Virus record (IMG/VR): IMGVR_UViG_3300048834_000455 | Coordinates: 25,906-89,905 of that record | DNA from: a virus | Direction: 5' to 3' (one strand) | DNA length: 64,000 nt | The notes under the pieces: model-generated | The model's input: only the letters and a program-made list of their open reading frames with translations | Databases searched by the model: none | Told to the model about the DNA's origin: nothing | Position numbers and translations under genes: made by a program | Shown here: piece by piece, positions 59,901 through 64,000 of the stretch | How positions within the stretch are numbered: position 1 is the stretch's first letter | Layout of the letters: the number at the start of each line of letters is the position of its first letter

Positions 59901-60155
59901 AGCATCGAGACCGGCACAGGCAGGGTCAAGCGGCGCGGAGATGCGGCGGTTACGGCAGCGGCCAACAAGCTCTCTGCCGACGTTGGTGCCCTGCGTGGGG
60001 TGGGCGCTGGCGACAAGCAGGAGCCGCTCAACGACGTGCTCACCATTAACCTTGTCGACGCAAGCGGCACCGTGTTCTCGGACAGCGTTTCGCGTGGATC
60101 TAGCGGCAGCGTGGACATGTCGACCACCTACGAGCTTGGACGGCTTGGCGCATGA
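56943..60155 (+). CDS. tape measure protein (TP901-like)
   Basis: 1070 aa, Ala/Gly-rich and helical; AAYDVAQAG, SDVYFKTIETG.ITFEQ, GVSFEEV.AA.AT.T.QG core motifs. Confidence 0.92.
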   Translation: MALGEVFSLKAVIEVITGGAEQKIDSVEKSGRRLGQTFGSSFKGAATSMLAFVGAASAIQAVGNAVNGAVNATITFEKGARQLNTILKLNEKQLADYTESIRTLGTELDINVSATEAMAAAYDVAQAGFTKAADNALVMETALKTSAAAGVSASLAANQISGTLKAYGLAATDAQRVSDVYFKTIETGIITFEQFEHGLGAANAVAASAGVSFEEVMAAVATATGQGIKASTAFDGIKTSIANLSAPLDSQKKAMAEYGIVIDQNTLRQNGYQQTIIDIVKATGGNSSALRNILGDVTAYQLALSLISNEGKIAADNLRDMNNALGAQEAALVEMRKSTSFQLDQMKAAAEGLGIALVSNFGGPATQAIQTVTAALVEMDKFVKSLSKGEGGLLGALTRGFQNTFPATAQMLSELGDTLLELVGMVQNWFAAFGGPEATAATTAVDFLLSSILKLADILANAIGLAGKLLEGVVVWARDLSTVLGATFAVMGQAWAQVVDGMSGIFENFAYVVESVWKGVIDGILGTIKALPDQFRGVFAGIEKDLEKASDSFKAKAPKAGFVDSVSKIVGAPEFVRENLPQTIADARATNARPAPVKAATPEQAKKAQAAISGLFGGVKDFLTTGKLPVAEKAVAAPGAPAAIPALPPPDPAAATKDIEARADAIKNELSLEKISLAEGAKRYQALFKEAQKAKLSGEDLHKVEQALFDVRQKMFDQSEKAMKATEELRVERTKLVQGETAGLLAALDIEKRERAKAGAESVELEAWYGAQRIAIFKADAEKKAETAKKLVDAQNALADSAAKANQDALVASDKPEEAALAGLEQQKAEMMRGLLEQKDAIIKAGGDKLKAEQDYQAAVLANERSYQAQRLKITKDAAKERNQAETSAKVTILKNEAASSDNPEEARKKNLEAENIERLQQIKGQVEAYRTAGVDQLVIDRYIASEQKKIKAEAEGGKADEKGKGNQSPVQSIQEAFAGMNKLGFSIETGTGRVKRRGDAAVTAAANKLSADVGALRGVGAGDKQEPLNDVLTINLVDASGTVFSDSVSRGSSGSVDMSTTYELGRLGA

Positions 60156-60586
60156 GTGCAGAGTGGAACGCGACCACCATCTCGTTCTGCGGGATAGAGG
60201 TGGGACCGCCGCACATCCCCCGCGAGCTACCGACGCCAGACTATGGCCTTCGCGTGAAGAAGACCTACATGAGCGAAGGCGCGGAATTGCCAGGGCTCTG
60301 CGTCAAGGAACCGCTGGGCGGTCACGACTCCTACGGGACCATCGCCTTCAGGCTGAGCGCTATGAGCAAGGCCAACGTCGACACCTTCCTGACTGCCGCC
60401 TTCGACCTATGGACTCCGCGCACACTGGCGATTTCCGCGCCTGGTGGCATCGTCTCGTGGACGGTGTGCTTCGGCGAGAACGGGTTCACCCATCGTCTGA
60501 TTCCCGGCAGGGGCTACTTCGACACCGAGGCCTGGATATGTGGATTCAAGCTTGAGGTGCTGACCATCGGTCCCGAGGGCTCCTAG
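60152..60586 (+). CDS. putative distal tail / tail tip protein
   Basis: Immediately follows the tape measure gene. Confidence 0.5.
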   Translation: MSAEWNATTISFCGIEVGPPHIPRELPTPDYGLRVKKTYMSEGAELPGLCVKEPLGGHDSYGTIAFRLSAMSKANVDTFLTAAFDLWTPRTLAISAPGGIVSWTVCFGENGFTHRLIPGRGYFDTEAWICGFKLEVLTIGPEGS

Positions 60587-61983
60587 TGTTCATTCCTGAT
60601 AGCACCTACACGGCTGATGATGTCCTGCTGCCGAGAACCACCGTCGAACTCATCATCGACGGCGACGACTTCTCGGACTACTACCTCGGCTACGATCTTG
60701 GCGTCTCCTCGCGCGGTCAGCAGGCGACTGGCACAATCCGCCTCAAAGACCGCGACGGAGCGCTCGCAAACAAGGTCTCGCAGTTCGACCAGAGCTTCGA
60801 CAAATGGCTCTCGCACAACATGACCGACGAGCGCACCATCTCGCTGACGGTGACGCAGGGCGAGAAGGTGACGGACTACCCGGTGCTGCTCCCCGGCGTG
60901 CCGAGCTGGGACAACGACGGGACCCTGAGTTGGGCCGTCACAGACCTCACGCCGCTCTTGAACAAGGACAACCAGAGCGCCACGGATGTCGTCTGGGACG
61001 AGCAGGGTGTTGACGACAACAAGAGCGTGTCCGACATCGTGGCCACGTTAGCGACGATGGCCGGCGTCTCCATCAGCCACACCGCGACCAACTGGGATGT
61101 GCGCACGTGGCGAATGACCGCCGAGAACCTTCTCTCCAAGCTCGACGACCTCTGCCGGCCGACGCAAAGCTATCGCCGATGGGACGGCGATGCCCTCATC
61201 CTGGAAGCCCTGAACGAGGCGCTCTCGCCGGCCTTCCACGCCATCGACCGGTTCCACATCGCGAGCCTCACCGCGACCACCGATGACAGCGGACTCCGCA
61301 CATTCTTCAAGGCTTTCCGTTTGCGGTCACAGGCGAGCGCATTGGCCGAGCCCAGAGAGGGCCGCACGGTAGGGCGCGTGGTCGAGATTACGTTCCCGCC
61401 CTCGGACTTCGTGCGCATCCGCACCAAGCAGGCGTTTGGCGTCATCGGTGAGGGCGTGTTCTACAGCGGCGAAGACGAGGTGAACTCGACCGAGGACCCG
61501 CAAACCGAATTCTACAGCCCCGACGCTGGAGTGACCAAGGCTGACCGCTGGCTCGGCACGTTCACTCCCGACATTGGCCCTGCCGAGTATCAATGGTGGT
61601 GGTGGGTGAGCGCCGAGGGCGGAGTCTACAACGCGGCCGACGTCATGATCGAGGGCTTCGATTTCGAGCAAGCCGTCTCGGTAGCGGAGGCCAAGTTCGG
61701 CCGGCGCCCCGAGTACAGCAACCTCGCCACCGAGCTTATCCGTGAGCCCGAGACCTTCGCGGCAATGATGGCCGCGATCGTCCTGGAGGTGCTCTGGTCC
61801 GTGCGCCGCTTCTCGCTGTCCACCCCGTGGCTACTCCCGCAACGTGAGGGCACGTTTATGAACGTCACCCACGCAAAGCATCGTCTCGCCTCCGTGAAGA
61901 TGCTCGTGAACGGCTGGAGGCACAGCCACTCGTGGGAGAGCGGCTGGAACAACAGTTACGACCTACGGGCGAAGCTCTCGTGA
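60586..61983 (+). CDS. putative tail hub / baseplate protein
   Basis: 465 aa, beta-rich and acidic; synteny. The exact start is uncertain. Confidence 0.55.
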   Translation: MFIPDSTYTADDVLLPRTTVELIIDGDDFSDYYLGYDLGVSSRGQQATGTIRLKDRDGALANKVSQFDQSFDKWLSHNMTDERTISLTVTQGEKVTDYPVLLPGVPSWDNDGTLSWAVTDLTPLLNKDNQSATDVVWDEQGVDDNKSVSDIVATLATMAGVSISHTATNWDVRTWRMTAENLLSKLDDLCRPTQSYRRWDGDALILEALNEALSPAFHAIDRFHIASLTATTDDSGLRTFFKAFRLRSQASALAEPREGRTVGRVVEITFPPSDFVRIRTKQAFGVIGEGVFYSGEDEVNSTEDPQTEFYSPDAGVTKADRWLGTFTPDIGPAEYQWWWWVSAEGGVYNAADVMIEGFDFEQAVSVAEAKFGRRPEYSNLATELIREPETFAAMMAAIVLEVLWSVRRFSLSTPWLLPQREGTFMNVTHAKHRLASVKMLVNGWRHSHSWESGWNNSYDLRAKLS

Positions 61984-62243
61984 ACCTCGGCCAGGCTATC
62001 GGCAAGACCGCGTGGCAGTACCGAGGCAGTGACCGCGCAAAGGTCGTGGGGCCGGCGGGCCGAGGCTATGACATCGAGCTCATGGGCGGCGACGTGGCGC
62101 GCGCTTGCATCTCGCACCTGCCCGACCTCGAGAACGAGCAGTGGGTCACGGTGGTGCAGGTCGGCGAAGGCGCGTGGGAGATCGTGGGCACGGCCAGCAA
62201 GGCGCCCCGCGGCGACTTCGCACCGGAACCCGAGGGTTCGTAG
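61980..62243 (+). CDS. small tail-tip protein (OB-fold-like)
   Basis: GTG at 61980 overlapping the previous stop; short and beta-rich. Confidence 0.5.
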   Translation: MNLGQAIGKTAWQYRGSDRAKVVGPAGRGYDIELMGGDVARACISHLPDLENEQWVTVVQVGEGAWEIVGTASKAPRGDFAPEPEGS

Positions 62244-64000
62244 TGAACTACAACTTAGAACTCCAAATCAGAGCCTCCGCCGATAAGGCACAGGCGCAGC
62301 GCGGAGGACCCCTCAACTTCGAGCCCATGCGGCAGTGGTCGCACAACCACCCGCAGTTCGAGACGTGGTTCATCAAGGCCGTGGTGCGCCCGGCCGTCTA
62401 CGACCTTCGCAACCAGGACGGCTCGCAGGAGATGCGGGCGGTGGAAGCCATCCGCAGCAAGTTCGGCAGCGGCTCTGGCGGCCAGGTGGATGACGCGGTC
62501 ACCGTGGGCTTTTACGGCTCGCGGCGGGACGACCCGTGGATATGGGCACTAATGGGCGTGGAAAGCTTACAGGAGGAGGTTCTCGAGCCGCCCATCCCTT
62601 TGGCTGGTTGGCCCTATTTTCTCCAGTCGCCAACGCGCGGGTCCTGGGCCGCCGAACTGACTCATGACACAGCCAGCTTCTCTGCAGACCTTGCCTTGTT
62701 CCCCTACCTAACCAGCGGGGTTACCTTGCGGCTAGCGGGCGGACATATTTGGATGCATGGCGATGGCGTCCACTACCGGGGCGTGCTCGGGGCATTCAAC
62801 GATTTTGACGGGAACATGGCCTTCGGCAGCAACGCGAGGGATCTCGTTTTCAAGGATGGGCCCTGCGAGATGTATGCCATGGAGCAGTCGCCAACAGCCG
62901 GCTGGTCCTCCGGGGCGACTAGCAACCTTGTAATCAGAGCTTTTGACCCTGCGGCTCTCAGTGGGTTGTGGGCCTCAACGGCGCGAACGGACATGCTAAC
63001 GAAAACGGCTTCGCTGTGGTTCGACGACACCAACATTTATGCAGCCGGAGAGTACGCCTCTTCCGACTTTCGCGGGCCTTGCCGATGCGCATGGCTCAAG
63101 GCCGACGGGACATTCATTGACAAAGTTAATCTCACGCTTGACGACGTAGCCCTGCCCCCCGGCGTCGGCAAATGGGAACCGGGGGATGAACCCGATTACC
63201 AAACGACCGGAAACATTCAACGGCCGTTAACCCTGCTCGAAGATAACTATATTTTCGATAAACTAGTCTACCCGTGGACGACGCAATCCCTTAATAACAG
63301 CACCGGTTTTCAAGCCGTACCCCCGGGGACGGTTGGGAACTTCGAATCATCCTACGACCACGTTTTCGCCTGGCCGGATCTCGATCTGTTCGTGCCAGCC
63401 CTGCGCAACGCTGTCCAGCTAGGGGTTTATACTGCCTCCACGGGCGTTCGCACCCAGGTTATCAAGGGCGACGGCAATGCTCCCGACGTGTGGGAATTCT
63501 ACACGCCTATCGTCGCAACTAGCACCGGTCGTCTGCTGGTTCGTATTCGCCGGGTGACCTACCAGCAACTGTCCTGGAATGACGCAAAGTTAACCGTTCA
63601 CGAGGTTTCGGGACCCCCTGGTGCACGCGTAATAAACTATGATCTCGACAACGTTGCAGCCCAGGGCCGCGTATGCGTCAAGACCGAAACCCTGTTCGCG
63701 GAATACGCCATCGCGACAGGCACGCTAGGCATCCCCTGGCCGGCGACTGACATCAAGATAACGTCCCCCGCGTACGTGCCAACCGGATCCCCTGTCGACA
63801 TGGGCTGGGCCGAATGGTGGGGGGTATCGAGATATGATCCAGTTGACGATGTCACCACGTTGGACTGGTGGGTTCCAGAAGGTTGGGACGGCGACCCAGG
63901 CAACCTCCAGAGACCAAGAGACCATGCCGTTAGAGGGCCGCAGGTCGCCTTTGGAAATGACGGTTTGCGCCTAAATGGGTCCTACAATCCTTTTGACGCT
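62243..64000 (+). CDS. large tail-associated / receptor-binding protein, truncated at the window edge
   Basis: GTG at 62243 overlapping the previous stop. I translated the frame by hand without a stop for the first ~800 nt, and its absence from the track is consistent with no stop before the window end. Confidence 0.6.
   Translation, partial: MNYNLELQIRASADKAQAQRGGPLNFEPMRQWSHNHPQFETWFIKAVVRPAVYDLRNQDGSQEMRAVEAIRSKFGSGSGGQVDDAVTVGFYGSRRDDPWIWALMGVESLQEEVLEPPIPLAGWPYFLQSPTRGSWAAELTHDTASFSADLALFPYLTSGVTLRLAGGHIWMHGDGVHYRGVLGAFNDFDGNMAFGSNARDLVFKDGPCEMYAMEQSPTAGWSSGATSNLVIRAFDPAALSGLWASTARTDMLTKTASLWFDDTNIYAAGEYASSDFRGPCRCAWLKADGTFIDKVNLTLDDVALPPGVGKWEPGDEPDYQTTGNIQRPLTLLEDNYIFDKLVYPWTTQSLNNSTGFQAVPPGTVGNFESSYDHVFAWPDLDLFVPALRNAVQLGVYTASTGVRTQVIKGDGNAPDVWEFYTPIVATSTGRLLVRIRRVTYQQLSWNDAKLTVHEVSGPPGARVINYDLDNVAAQGRVCVKTETLFAEYAIATGTLGIPWPATDIKITSPAYVPTGSPVDMGWAEWWGVSRYDPVDDVTTLDWWVPEGWDGDPGNLQRPRDHAVRGPQVAFGNDGLRLNGSYNPFDA

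Noticed and set aside
62333-62365. Peptide WSHNHPQFE resembling Strep-tag II (WSHPQFEK)
   Set aside because: Imperfect, internal to a natural-looking ORF, and no vector sequence nearby; treated as coincidence.
1-64000. Integrase, lysis cassette, reverse transcriptase/DGR, or host assignment
   Set aside because: No motifs for these were recognised in the window, and the host cannot be inferred reliably without searches.

Overview
The window is about 64 kb of a high-GC temperate tailed phage (siphovirus-type prophage or phage), almost entirely encoded on the + strand with tightly overlapping (ATGA/GTGA) genes. From left to right it carries: a divergent CI/Cro-like switch (the repressor is cut off at the left edge); an early region with a Xis-like HTH, a Sak4-like ATPase, SSB, many small ORFs, a LexA-DBD protein, DUF5131 and three DNA methyltransferases; a replication module (primase-helicase and an O-like initiator with internal palindromic iterons); a long accessory region with an SNF2 helicase; and HK97-type head genes followed by non-contractile tail genes. 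Two candidate novel systems stand out. (1) A self-contained unit at 37926-39091: a promoter-like motif, a 246-aa unknown protein, then a ~350-nt non-coding RNA with two tandem circularly permuted tRNA-like domains, each with an internal GCCA, then a terminator. (2) Two TagF-like GT-B transferase genes inserted right after the major capsid gene, while five virion proteins share a C-terminal (E/D)GS(GS) tail, suggesting a virion-decoration system. A bipartite motif CRCGTGATGGGACC-N14/16-CGAAR recurs five times ahead of genes. All calls come from reading motifs by eye; no database searches were run.
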